From positions 1 to 41,959 of the IMG/VR virus record IMGVR_UViG_2690316153_000014: DNA of 41,959 bases; one strand, given 5' to 3'. Under the pieces are notes generated by a model. That model was not told the DNA's origin and searched no databases. It was given only the letters and a program-made list of their open reading frames with translations. The translations under genes were made by a program, and so were the position numbers. Shown here in pieces: positions 30,099 through 38,612 of the stretch (positions are counted from its first letter, which is position 1; every line of letters starts with the position of its first letter). Source of the DNA: a virus. Its lineage: Duplodnaviria; Heunggongvirae; Uroviricota; Caudoviricetes.

Positions 30099-30377
30099 TT
30101 ACTTCCTTTTTATGGCTCGTAATTTTTTCAGGTGCTTTTCCTGCTCAGTGTCCGCGAGAATTTTGCGGTACTCCTGGTGGTCAATATGTTCGAACAGGCA
30201 GTTTAACTCACCAATGCGTACCCGCCCGGATCGTCCGTCCATCCGTCGAAAGAACACTGAGTGCTCAGTGATGCGAGTAATCACCACGGGGTATCCGGCT
30301 CTGTCCGTGTATATCTGACCGCGTTGAATCAAAGCGAACATGTGGTTATCCCCATCGACAAATTGAGAACACAACAA
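30099..30377 (-). CDS. hypothetical prophage early protein
   Basis: Minus-strand ORF in the early-left gene string; no recognised motif; start uncertain. Confidence 0.35.
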   Translation of the reverse strand: MLCSQFVDGDNHMFALIQRGQIYTDRAGYPVVITRITEHSVFFRRMDGRSGRVRIGELNCLFEHIDHQEYRKILADTEQEKHLKKLRAIKRK

Positions 30378-30464
30378 ACGCTACTGCGAATACCACCCCC
30401 AGAGTTACGATTGCATCAGGCCAGCTCATTGATTCACCTCCTGCGGCGTCCTGGTATTCGATTT

Positions 30465-31033
30465 TCATTCCGGATGCTCCTGAGCCACATTGAAATCGCC
30501 ATGATCACGACAAGGCATCACAACAAATTCAGGATTGCCATACATTGAGTTGATGATGGAATCAAACTGAATTCTGACCGCTTGCCCGTCACCGGAGGAA
30601 CGTAACTGGACGGGAATAAATTTACGCTCACGACCAAACATCTTCTCTGGATAACTCAGGTAACCCGCCTGGATCACCGGGTGTGTACAGAGGTCAAATT
30701 TTTTCGGAATGATGCGTTCCAAATCCGGAAAACAACCGTCCACCAATTTAATGCCGGTAATGGACAGCCGGCGCTGAAACTGGTCGCGATGAACAGGATC
30801 GGCTCTTTACTAAAAATCAGCTCTGTCGTTTCGGCTTTGGCCGGGACGCCACCTTCGAACTGGACAATGATGTTTTTCTTCGTCCGGATGCCGTGAGTCA
30901 TGCGCAGTGCTACGAAACCATTGGTTGCCTCAATATGTTTTGGCGTGATGTGAAGACCGTTCAGGTAATAACGAACGTCGTTTTTAGCAGCGCACACCAG
31001 AGCGGCGCGAATAAGTTTTGACTGGATGATCAT
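30465..31033 (-). pseudogene. beta-sliding-clamp (DnaN)-like gene covering clamp domains II-III, split by a frameshift (track ORFs 30674..31033 and 30465..30746)
   Basis: Upstream ORF contains DVRYYLNG and ATNG (DnaN has HQDVRYYLNG and ATDGHRLAV). Downstream ORF, in another frame and open upstream to 30806, contains KLVDGCFPDLERIIPK and EFVVMPCRD (DnaN has KLVDGRFPDYRRVLPK and C-terminal AYVVMPMRL). The two frames overlap by about 70 nt. Confidence 0.5.
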
Positions 31034-31779
31034 GCTTTATCCTCCCATCCGATTACCTGAAAAAGCCCCATCTTCGGGTGATACCAGCGTGTGCCGCGTG
31101 GTTCAGCCTCTGACATCATTTGGTGGAACGCCGCCATAAATGTCTCAAGCTCGACGACAGCCCTGCGAGACAACAGACCGTCCGGAGTCATAAATTCGTG
31201 CGTGTCGGTAGGGATGTGGTAGGCGTTGACCAGATTCCGACACTTGGCGTCACTCATTCCGCTTTTGGCTACCACCTGGCGGTAACCGACATATCCGGTG
31301 CGCATTGTGCCGCGTTTGATGTTCTCCACAGCTTTGGTGACCGTTTCGATCTTCTCTTCAACATGACTCAGGCGCTTCTGCTGGCGAACGGCATCGGCGG
31401 CCATTGCAGCGATCATCTCCATTTCCGTCAGCGGCGCGTGAGTTCGGAAATAGCTGTTAACCAGTTCGCGCTGAACCTGCCATGCAAGAGCATCGTTAAA
31501 AGGCTTCGTCAACATCAGGTAACCAGACTCGAAAAGAATGATCCCTTTGGCAGTTCGCGCGGCAAAGGCATCAGAAAGTGACTCCGTACGTATTACGTCC
31601 GCAGTCATTTCAAGAAAATCCACCCCTTCGATAAAGTGAGAACGGTTGCGGTTAAACGCAGCACGGGCGGTACCTTCCGGGCGCTGGTGGACGTCATCAA
31701 TTATTGCAAATGTCACAACACGCTGACCGCGATATTCGATTACCGGAAACTGTTTGTTGTTGATGGTTACAATATTCAT
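31030..31779 (-). CDS. phage antirepressor-like protein (ORF6N/AntA-type N-terminal domain)
   Basis: ORF starting MNIVTINNKQFPVIEYRGQRVVTFAIIDDVHQRPEGTARAAFNRNRSHFIEGVDF... with GGAG Shine-Dalgarno; domain call from motif resemblance only. Confidence 0.4.
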   Translation of the reverse strand: MNIVTINNKQFPVIEYRGQRVVTFAIIDDVHQRPEGTARAAFNRNRSHFIEGVDFLEMTADVIRTESLSDAFAARTAKGIILFESGYLMLTKPFNDALAWQVQRELVNSYFRTHAPLTEMEMIAAMAADAVRQQKRLSHVEEKIETVTKAVENIKRGTMRTGYVGYRQVVAKSGMSDAKCRNLVNAYHIPTDTHEFMTPDGLLSRRAVVELETFMAAFHQMMSEAEPRGTRWYHPKMGLFQVIGWEDKA

Positions 31780-31822
31780 TTTTATCTCCAGACAGCCCGG
31801 CGTGTAATACCGGGCATATGTA

Positions 31823-32650
31823 TTACTTAACCTGAATAAATGGTGTGTTGGCACCGCTGGTCATGTATTGCGGCAGTGTACCGTTCCACTTGTTGATGGC
31901 TTCCAGCTCCATAACACCGGGGTTCTGGCGCAGAGCTTCACCGCGTAAACGAATAGCATCGGCTTCGGCCTGGGCTTTTGTGCGAATCGCATCTGCCTGT
32001 CCGGCAGCTTCCGCGCGCAACATGTTGGCTTCCGCTTCGCGCTGTTTTACTTCCTGCTCGCGTTGCAGGGTTTTCTGGTTCGCCGTGACTTTGGCATTAA
32101 TGCTGTCGATAACAGTAGGTGGGTACTCCGGCTTACCCACATATGAGAGGCTCATTACCTGAATACCGATGGGCGTCATTTCTTCCTGAATGTCTTTAAG
32201 AGCTGCATCCAGCAGCTCAGACTTGCCGCCGTCGATAAATTTGTCGGTGGTCATTTTGCTGGCCAGTCGGTTGAGTGCGTCGGCTATCTTCTGGCGCAGG
32301 TCGGTGTCGGTAATGTCGTCCACGCCTTTGCGGTAGGTCTGAAAGACTGTGGTAACTTTGGATGGATCAACTTTGTAGGCCACGCCGATGTGATAGCCGA
32401 TGGTTGTACCGTCACTCATCTGGAAACTGAATGGATCATCGTAGGTCTTCATCTGCTTAAAGGTCGGGAAGATGTAAACCTCAGTGTTCCATCCCGTCCA
32501 GTAGCGCCCAACACCGACCACTTCACCGACGCCTTTATCGTCGCCCAGTTTGTTTACTTTGATGCCCACATTACCAGGCTCAACGCGATCGCAACCGACA
32601 AGGCCAATGGTCGGCAGAACAAGGGCTAAAGCAAAAAGTAATTTTTTCAT
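31823..32650 (-). CDS. SPFH/band-7 family lipoprotein
   Basis: Lipoprotein signal peptide with lipobox (LVGC), then a prohibitin-like region and an Ala/Glu/Gln-rich coiled-coil tail. Confidence 0.55.
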   Translation of the reverse strand: MKKLLFALALVLPTIGLVGCDRVEPGNVGIKVNKLGDDKGVGEVVGVGRYWTGWNTEVYIFPTFKQMKTYDDPFSFQMSDGTTIGYHIGVAYKVDPSKVTTVFQTYRKGVDDITDTDLRQKIADALNRLASKMTTDKFIDGGKSELLDAALKDIQEEMTPIGIQVMSLSYVGKPEYPPTVIDSINAKVTANQKTLQREQEVKQREAEANMLRAEAAGQADAIRTKAQAEADAIRLRGEALRQNPGVMELEAINKWNGTLPQYMTSGANTPFIQVK

Positions 32651-32835
32651 CTTTTATCCTTAGAAAAAGAAAGACCCTTATAAATGGCATAAATGCAGGG
32701 CGGGGTCAGACACGCCAGAGCAAAGCCAGAAATCACTGCTACCGTATCCTTCATTGATATGAGGGCCGGAACGATTAATCCGTAAATACATGTGATAATT
32801 GCCAGTGATATAACTATTCTGAAATAAATGTTCAT
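32647..32835 (-). CDS. small two-helix membrane protein, translationally coupled to the SPFH gene
   Basis: 62-aa hydrophobic ORF whose stop overlaps the SPFH start (ATGA). Confidence 0.4.
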   Translation of the reverse strand: MNIYFRIVISLAIITCIYGLIVPALISMKDTVAVISGFALACLTPPCIYAIYKGLSFSKDKR

Positions 32836-32895
32836 GGTCCTCCTGATGTATTCGGCTTGCCTTATTTAATTGCGTCATGGTTAATTTCGTTTACG

Positions 32896-33288
32896 TCAGA
32901 ATGGTTTTGTTGCCATCAGTTCGTAATATCCGGCGCTCCATGTGTCATATTTTCTGAACCATTTTTCTGTATACTGTTTCCTGGCGATGAGTCTGCGCAG
33001 TCGTCTGATTGTTCGCTGGTGTGCGCGGGTATACTCTGTGGTTGATTCTCCACGTTTCCATATCTCATTCCTGTTGAAGATAAAACGCTTGTCAGGATAG
33101 CGTTGTCGGAATCCTGAACGTTCAAAAGCGCGGGTGGTCATAAAGAATGCCAGGTAACGAATTGCCGTTTTTCGGGTGAGGCATTTTTTTGTTCTTCCGT
33201 GGCGTGTTACAAAAAATAACGGGCCGACGGGTGTATCATGTTTCTGTAATGCCTGGTCAATGGTGCTGGCGGTGCGGTTGTCGATCAT
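32896..33288 (-). CDS. hypothetical basic protein (prophage early region)
   Basis: 130-aa Arg/Lys-rich ORF in the minus-strand gene string; function unknown. Confidence 0.35.
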   Translation of the reverse strand: MIDNRTASTIDQALQKHDTPVGPLFFVTRHGRTKKCLTRKTAIRYLAFFMTTRAFERSGFRQRYPDKRFIFNRNEIWKRGESTTEYTRAHQRTIRRLRRLIARKQYTEKWFRKYDTWSAGYYELMATKPF

Positions 33289-33503
33289 TTCTTTATTTCT
33301 CCCGAATAACGTTTATGACTCATTACTTCCCAGTTCCGGCCGTCGTCTTTCGATAACAGCCGCCAGCGACGGTTAACCTTCAGACTGAGATATCCGGTGC
33401 GCTGTATCCGATGCGGAAATATCCGTCGGCATCGGTACAACAACAGGACCTGCAATGCCTGCCGGTGGATCCGCTCAGGAATGCGTGTTGCTGTTAATGC
33501 CAC
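33285..33503 (-). CDS. hypothetical protein
   Basis: 72-aa ORF with 4-nt overlap to the downstream gene; weak support. Confidence 0.25.
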   Translation of the reverse strand: MALTATRIPERIHRQALQVLLLYRCRRIFPHRIQRTGYLSLKVNRRWRLLSKDDGRNWEVMSHKRYSGEIKK

Positions 33504-33690
33504 CGGTTTCCTCCTGAGCAGGTGCTGTTATCTGATACCCCGCTCTTTCTGCCAGCCGTATGAATGTATCCATGCTGGCAATCAGCTCGCCATCGCGGAC
33601 TTTGCAGACACCTGTGACTTGGCCATTTTCAATTGTCATAACGATCTGCACTTTTTCGTGCACAACAGATACAGGGGATAAATTAGCCAT
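33475..33690 (-). CDS. hypothetical protein
   Basis: 71-aa ORF contiguous with neighbouring minus-strand genes. Confidence 0.3.
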   Translation of the reverse strand: MANLSPVSVVHEKVQIVMTIENGQVTGVCKVRDGELIASMDTFIRLAERAGYQITAPAQEETGGINSNTHS

Positions 33691-34049
33691 CAGTTAATTC
33701 CTCCGCTGATATATTTTTCTTTCGCGTAATCAATAATCTCTTGAAAAAGGTTGTCTATAATTAACTTTCCGGTTTCAGTCAGGTATTCAGTATGTTGATT
33801 AATCCCGATAGCATTCTGGTATGCAGTGTGGATTTCGGTTTCACCCTCCACCCGGCCCAATTCACCACGGGTAATACCTTCGAAGCGTAACAGCAACTGG
33901 TTTATAAACTGTTCAGTTATTTCTATGGTCGTAATGTTCCCATCAGGAAGGTCAACAATAAGCAGATTACCACCTGTTTTACGTTTTATTCGATGGAGTG
34001 CCGCAACAGCTATACGGCGACGATATGTATTAATGGGTTCATGTGTCAT
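33690..34049 (-). CDS. hypothetical protein
   Basis: 119-aa ORF, same orientation, coding-like composition. Confidence 0.4.
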   Translation of the reverse strand: MTHEPINTYRRRIAVAALHRIKRKTGGNLLIVDLPDGNITTIEITEQFINQLLLRFEGITRGELGRVEGETEIHTAYQNAIGINQHTEYLTETGKLIIDNLFQEIIDYAKEKYISGGIN

Positions 34050-34233
34050 TTGTTATTTCCCGTATGCTTTCCTGAGAAACAGTATTGCAACTGACCAGTA
34101 TCCTGCATTAGCCATTAATAATGCGGTTTTATAAGCACTTCTGTTTTTCATGCATCACCACCATTTTCAGGTTGTGGAAATTCCCGACCAGAGACCGTTA
34201 TGTTTTTATGGGTGATTGTTTATTGAGTTTTCT

Positions 34234-34425
34234 TTATTCGTTGCGCAGTGTGTCGATATACGCGTAAGCCATTTCACAGGTTTTATTCATGGAGCGAATG
34301 AGGCAACATAAATAATCGTCTGTCTCTCCTGAGTCGGGCGAATTCTTAAATATAAATTCAAGCATTGATGTATTCTCTTTTATTTGTGCTGCCACTTCCT
34401 CAAGAATATTTAATGGAGTTTTCAT
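34234..34425 (-). CDS. hypothetical small protein
   Basis: 63-aa ORF with 4-nt overlap to the upstream gene. Confidence 0.3.
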   Translation of the reverse strand: MKTPLNILEEVAAQIKENTSMLEFIFKNSPDSGETDDYLCCLIRSMNKTCEMAYAYIDTLRNE

Positions 34426-34646
34426 GTTCTTTGCTCCTTAAATGCATCGCATGCGCTTCTGGCGTATTGTTGTGCCAGTAAAAAGATATCATCCGAAAGT
34501 TCATCACATTCTTCATCACCGGAAGCCGAAATGATTAACCCCGCTTCAAGCAGTACGGCAATGTGATGAAAAGTTGTCTCCGGTTCGTTGGTAAGGCCTT
34601 TGAACATTTTCATCTTATGCTTCCTCCTGATTTTGTTTATAAGCAT
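34422..34646 (-). CDS. hypothetical small protein
   Basis: 74-aa ORF overlapping the neighbours in operon fashion. Confidence 0.3.
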   Translation of the reverse strand: MLINKIRRKHKMKMFKGLTNEPETTFHHIAVLLEAGLIISASGDEECDELSDDIFLLAQQYARSACDAFKEQRT

Positions 34647-35034
34647 CAGTCAATAACAACATTGGATCACAGCCAAGAACATTAGCCAGAGGGATAAGCA
34701 TGCTGATGGTTGGTTCGTACTCTCCGCTCTCCCACTGGATGATAATTTCTTCATCGAGATCGAGCAGCCTAGCGAGTTCGGCGGTTGTTAAGCCGCAGGT
34801 TTCGCGTTGGGTGCGAATCCGATTCTGGGAATTAATAGCTAAATTTTGTTTGCATAAACGTGACGCGGTGAGGCTATATTTTTGAGTTACAGCCAGGATG
34901 GAGCTGGCAAGTTCAATTAACTCAGGGTTATTGCTGCTATACAGTAGTGCACCAGTCCCTACTAAGAGCTGAATATTCTCAAGAGCATCGTGCTGATTTG
35001 TTGGTAATCCCATATACGATGACATTTTTCTCAT
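34615..35034 (-). CDS. XRE-type HTH protein (C-terminal helix-turn-helix), first gene of the leftward early operon
   Basis: C-terminal segment LTTAELARLLDLDEEIIIQWESGEYEPTISMLIPLANVLG resembles an XRE/Cro-type HTH; gene starts just downstream of the putative left operator region. Confidence 0.45.
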   Translation of the reverse strand: MRKMSSYMGLPTNQHDALENIQLLVGTGALLYSSNNPELIELASSILAVTQKYSLTASRLCKQNLAINSQNRIRTQRETCGLTTAELARLLDLDEEIIIQWESGEYEPTISMLIPLANVLGCDPMLLLTDAYKQNQEEA

Positions 35035-35122
35035 CCTCTATAATTGCTTTGGTGAGTTCGATACCTATGTCAAGATAATAGGTTTACCGATTTCACCTGT
35101 CAATCGGTTTATCGATTTTTTC

Positions 35123-35150
35123 CCAAAAAAAAGCCCACTTAAGAGTGGGC
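35123..35150 (-). terminator. intrinsic terminator of the repressor gene
   Basis: On the minus strand, stem GCCCACT/AGTGGGC with a 4-nt loop followed by U8, beginning 19 nt after the repressor stop. Confidence 0.7.
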
Positions 35151-35168
35151 GGGTTAAATGATTTTTGC

Positions 35169-35861
35169 TTATGCAAAACGGTGTAGTGTCATAGGCCAAC
35201 TGACAATTACTTTTCCGTCAATGTGAAGTTGTTCGAAGTCTTCCGGTTCGATAGCCCAATCCTTGTAAGCTGGGTTGTCAGATATCACCGTTAGAGTATC
35301 TTTGATTTTTTGAAGTCTTTTGATGTGCGATGTTCCAGAGTATGTAAAGGCGTATATACCATCACCATTAAATGTGCGAACTGATACATCTACAAATACC
35401 AAGTCTTCAGGGTCTATTGTGCCTTTCATACTGTCGCCGTGGGCGTTTATTGCTTTGATTGCTGATGCTGGTCTGCCGCCAAAAACTCTTGATGCGTATC
35501 CTGGTTCTATCGCTATAGATCTGACAATATCAGGAAAATCAGAGTTATAACTACCAGGTCCGCAACTATATCTGATGTCTAAAACATCCACGACATACGA
35601 ATCAGTAACCCAATCTTCAGAAATGTTACGTATTTGGTGTGAGTCTGCAGAGGTCACGATTTCCATTGGGCCAACACCCGATGCGAGCCATTCCGGGTTA
35701 ACGCCCAAAACTTTTGCTATTTCGACTGTTTTTCTGGAACCGTTGGCTTTGTTAAGTAGTTGATTAACACTGGACTGAGCCATACCCACTTCTTTGGCCA
35801 GCCTACCTTGCGTAAATTTTGCGTTGCGCATAGCTAAATCAAGTCGTTCTGAAAATGTCAT
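35169..35861 (-). CDS. CI-like prophage repressor with N-terminal HTH and C-terminal LexA/S24 autopeptidase domain
   Basis: HTH region QGRLAKEVGMAQSSVNQLL and C-terminal S24 features (GDSM serine motif, downstream Lys); divergent from a Cro-like gene. Confidence 0.8.
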   Translation of the reverse strand: MTFSERLDLAMRNAKFTQGRLAKEVGMAQSSVNQLLNKANGSRKTVEIAKVLGVNPEWLASGVGPMEIVTSADSHQIRNISEDWVTDSYVVDVLDIRYSCGPGSYNSDFPDIVRSIAIEPGYASRVFGGRPASAIKAINAHGDSMKGTIDPEDLVFVDVSVRTFNGDGIYAFTYSGTSHIKRLQKIKDTLTVISDNPAYKDWAIEPEDFEQLHIDGKVIVSWPMTLHRFA

Positions 35862-35894
35862 TGCGATTTTCCTCCCCTCTCTATCTTGGCTAGT

Positions 35895-35912
35895 TTATCG
35901 GCTTTCCGATAA
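35895..35912. promoter_or_regulatory. candidate operator palindrome in the repressor/cro divergent promoter region
   Basis: TTATCGG-CTTT-CCGATAA: perfect 7-bp inverted arms. Related half-sites (ACCGAT...ATCGGT, TATCGAT) occur at 35085-35116 in the leftward promoter region. Confidence 0.45.
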
Positions 35913-35980
35913 ATATTCTATGTTTAACGTTGAATATCGCTTTTCCTGTTGTTATTATGCGTTCAATAGGAGATGCGATT

Positions 35981-36268
35981 ATGAAACATAAAGCCATAGA
36001 GAAAGCTATTGAGATTCTTGGAAGTCAGCAAGCCTTAGCCAAGCGATGCGGAAAGGCCCAGTCAACAGTCTGCGATTGGTTGAACTGCAAGAACAAGATT
36101 TCACCAGAATTTGTGCCGTTATTGGTTGCAGCTGTCGACGGAAAGATCCAAGCGTATGAATTTCGGCCAGACCTACCAGAGCTTTTTCCACATCCAAGCT
36201 TAGCGCGCACGGGGGAGGTGAAGGGCTTGTATGTCCCAGAATTACGTTCAGACAGAGATGCCATCTAG
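35981..36268 (+). CDS. Cro-like HTH regulator
   Basis: 95-aa ORF from ATG 35981 with AGGAG Shine-Dalgarno; HTH-like segment QQALAKRCGKAQSTVCDWLN; divergent from the repressor. Confidence 0.6.
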   Translation: MKHKAIEKAIEILGSQQALAKRCGKAQSTVCDWLNCKNKISPEFVPLLVAAVDGKIQAYEFRPDLPELFPHPSLARTGEVKGLYVPELRSDRDAI

Positions 36269-36539
36269 GTACTGCCAGGCAGACGAAGAGTGGATTCAGC
36301 AGCAGTTACAGGGGCTGCCTCCGTCACTGAGACGGAAGGTTGCCCTGAAATATGCGGAGGTATACGAAATCACTTTTGACGCTGAGCCTGTTTCATTCCG
36401 CAAGGAGAACAGAGCAAGGCACGAAGCAAACACAAGGCTCCGCCTGTTTGTAAGAAATCAGGGCAGAGCTTTACAGGGGTATACAGCCGAACCTCCCCTG
36501 GCTGGATCGCAATCGCGCTCCTCACTGTTTCGGGTTTAA
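36231..36539 (+). CDS. hypothetical early protein (CII-position gene)
   Basis: 102-aa ORF overlapping the cro-like gene end; function unassigned. Confidence 0.35.
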   Translation: MSQNYVQTEMPSRYCQADEEWIQQQLQGLPPSLRRKVALKYAEVYEITFDAEPVSFRKENRARHEANTRLRLFVRNQGRALQGYTAEPPLAGSQSRSSLFRV

Positions 36540-36952
36540 AGGTACCCGAACAGAAGCAGGCTTAAAGGTGCCTGTTCAGGTTGGCAACCAACTGACCCAA
36601 CTCCTCATGTGTACTAGGGAAGTAGTACGTTTTTATGGGGAAGAGGGTAAGGGGGGTAAGGGGGGATTGGGTGTTGGGGCAGGAATAGGGTCTTTTCCAA
36701 CAGGAGAGATCCATTGGTTAAGTAGATCACTGTCTTAAGGGCGCAATTTAAAAAAACGCCCGTATCAGCAAGGTAGTACAAAGCGCTCAGGCGCTGAGAA
36801 ACGAAAAGGGTTCTTCCTGGAAGAGTGATTTTTCAGAGGAGCTGAATCAGAAGGGAGGCTGGCAGCCTTTGGGGAGGCCACCAGCCATGTGAGGGGGAAT
36901 CCATGAAAACCACATCACAAAATTATTATCTCATCAGCACGGGAGCTGCACA

Positions 36953-38611
36953 ATGGAGCTGACGATCACGCCGAATTTTGCACAGGAACGAGCGTTAAAC
37001 ATGTTGCGCCGTGACTGGAAGGCAAACGACACCTTCATGGTTTACTCGCCAACAGGTAGCGGTAAAACGGGTCTGGCAGCCTTCATAGTTGCTGGTTTTG
37101 TCAGCCGTGGTATGCGTGTTCTGTTCTGTGTTCCGTACACCATCCTGATTGGTCAGACGGCTAATCGGTTCGTGCAGTATGGTTTACCTGGAGATGAAAT
37201 CGGTTATATCTGGGCGGATCACCCGAACTACGATCCGGACCGGAAAATTCAGATTGCCAGCGCTGACACGCTTATTCGTCGTGTTTTTCCTGAAAATATC
37301 GATCTGCTGATTATCGACGAAGCGCACCTGCGTAAAAAACGCATCCTGAAGGATATCGAACGTCTGCGCGGCAAAGGCGTAAAGGTGATTGGCCTGTCGG
37401 GTACTCCGTTTTCTCCGTTCCTGGGCAAATACTATGACCGACTGATTAAGCCGACCACCATCGGCGAGTTAATCCAGCGTGGCGATCTGAGTAAATACGA
37501 ATTTTACGCGCCAACTAAGCCGGATCTGAAAGGTGTTAAAACCACATCTTCGCTTGAGTACGGCCGCGATTACAACGAAACACAGCTGGCTGAAATCATG
37601 TGCGGCTCTACGCTGGTGGGCGACATCGTACAGAACTGGCTGGAGAATGGTCGGGATTTACCTACCATCGCTTTCTGCGTCAACGTAGCTCACGCCAATT
37701 ATCTGACAATCCAGTTTAACCTGGCGGGTGTTAACGCTGAGGTAATGACCGCCGACACTCCGGTAGATGAGCGCCAGACCATCATTCACCGCTTTGAAAC
37801 CGGTGCAACGAAAATCATCGTTAGTGTGGGCGTTCTGGTGGCCGGCTTTGATAGTGACGTTCGTTGCATCATCTACGCCAGGCCAACAAAAAGCGAAATT
37901 CGCTGGTTGCAGGCTCTCGGGCGTGGGCTGCGCACCGCACCGGGTAAAGAGTCCTGCCTTATCTTCGATCACAGCGGCACCGTGCACCGTTTGGGTTATC
38001 CGGATTCAATCGAGTACGACGAGCTTCCCGGTAAGTCTGACGGCATGGAGGAAAGCGCGCGCCGGGCAGTTGAGGAACGGGCCGAAAAACTGCCACATGA
38101 ATGCCCTCAATGCCACTACATGAAGCCAGCAGGCGTCTATGTTTGCCCGAAATGTGGACACAAGCCGCTGCGAGGTGAAGACGTTGATACTGACACTAGC
38201 CGCAAACTTAATAAGCTGGGTAAAAATCAGCATCAGTCGACGAAGGCAGAGAAACAGTCCTGGTGGAGTCAGATCAAATTTTATCAGCGCCAGCGTGCTT
38301 CGCTGGGGCGTCCAGTCAGTGACGGATGGTGTGCTCACACTTTCCGGGAAAAGTTCGGTGAGTGGCCTGACGGACTGAGTAACTTTCCGATGGAAATTAC
38401 CCCTGAGGTAAATAACTACATCAGACACAAACTGATCCGGTTTGCCAAAGGCCACCAGCGGGTTCAGAAGGTCACTGAAAACGCACAAACAACGATTGAT
38501 TTATCTCAGGAACGTGATGAACGACGTGAGATACCGGCAGGCAGTGAGGCCTGGCGCATCATGCAGGCAAAGCACCAACTCCAGAAAAATATAAACAGTC
38601 TGAGTCAGTAA
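36953..38611 (+). CDS. SF2 (DEAD/DEAH-type) helicase, prophage replication module
   Basis: Motif I SPTGSGKT, motif II LIIDEAHL, motif III SGTP, motif VI QALGRGLR, plus a C-terminal Cys cluster (CPQCH...CPKCGH). Confidence 0.75.
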   Translation: MELTITPNFAQERALNMLRRDWKANDTFMVYSPTGSGKTGLAAFIVAGFVSRGMRVLFCVPYTILIGQTANRFVQYGLPGDEIGYIWADHPNYDPDRKIQIASADTLIRRVFPENIDLLIIDEAHLRKKRILKDIERLRGKGVKVIGLSGTPFSPFLGKYYDRLIKPTTIGELIQRGDLSKYEFYAPTKPDLKGVKTTSSLEYGRDYNETQLAEIMCGSTLVGDIVQNWLENGRDLPTIAFCVNVAHANYLTIQFNLAGVNAEVMTADTPVDERQTIIHRFETGATKIIVSVGVLVAGFDSDVRCIIYARPTKSEIRWLQALGRGLRTAPGKESCLIFDHSGTVHRLGYPDSIEYDELPGKSDGMEESARRAVEERAEKLPHECPQCHYMKPAGVYVCPKCGHKPLRGEDVDTDTSRKLNKLGKNQHQSTKAEKQSWWSQIKFYQRQRASLGRPVSDGWCAHTFREKFGEWPDGLSNFPMEITPEVNNYIRHKLIRFAKGHQRVQKVTENAQTTIDLSQERDERREIPAGSEAWRIMQAKHQLQKNINSLSQ

Positions 38612-38612
38612 G

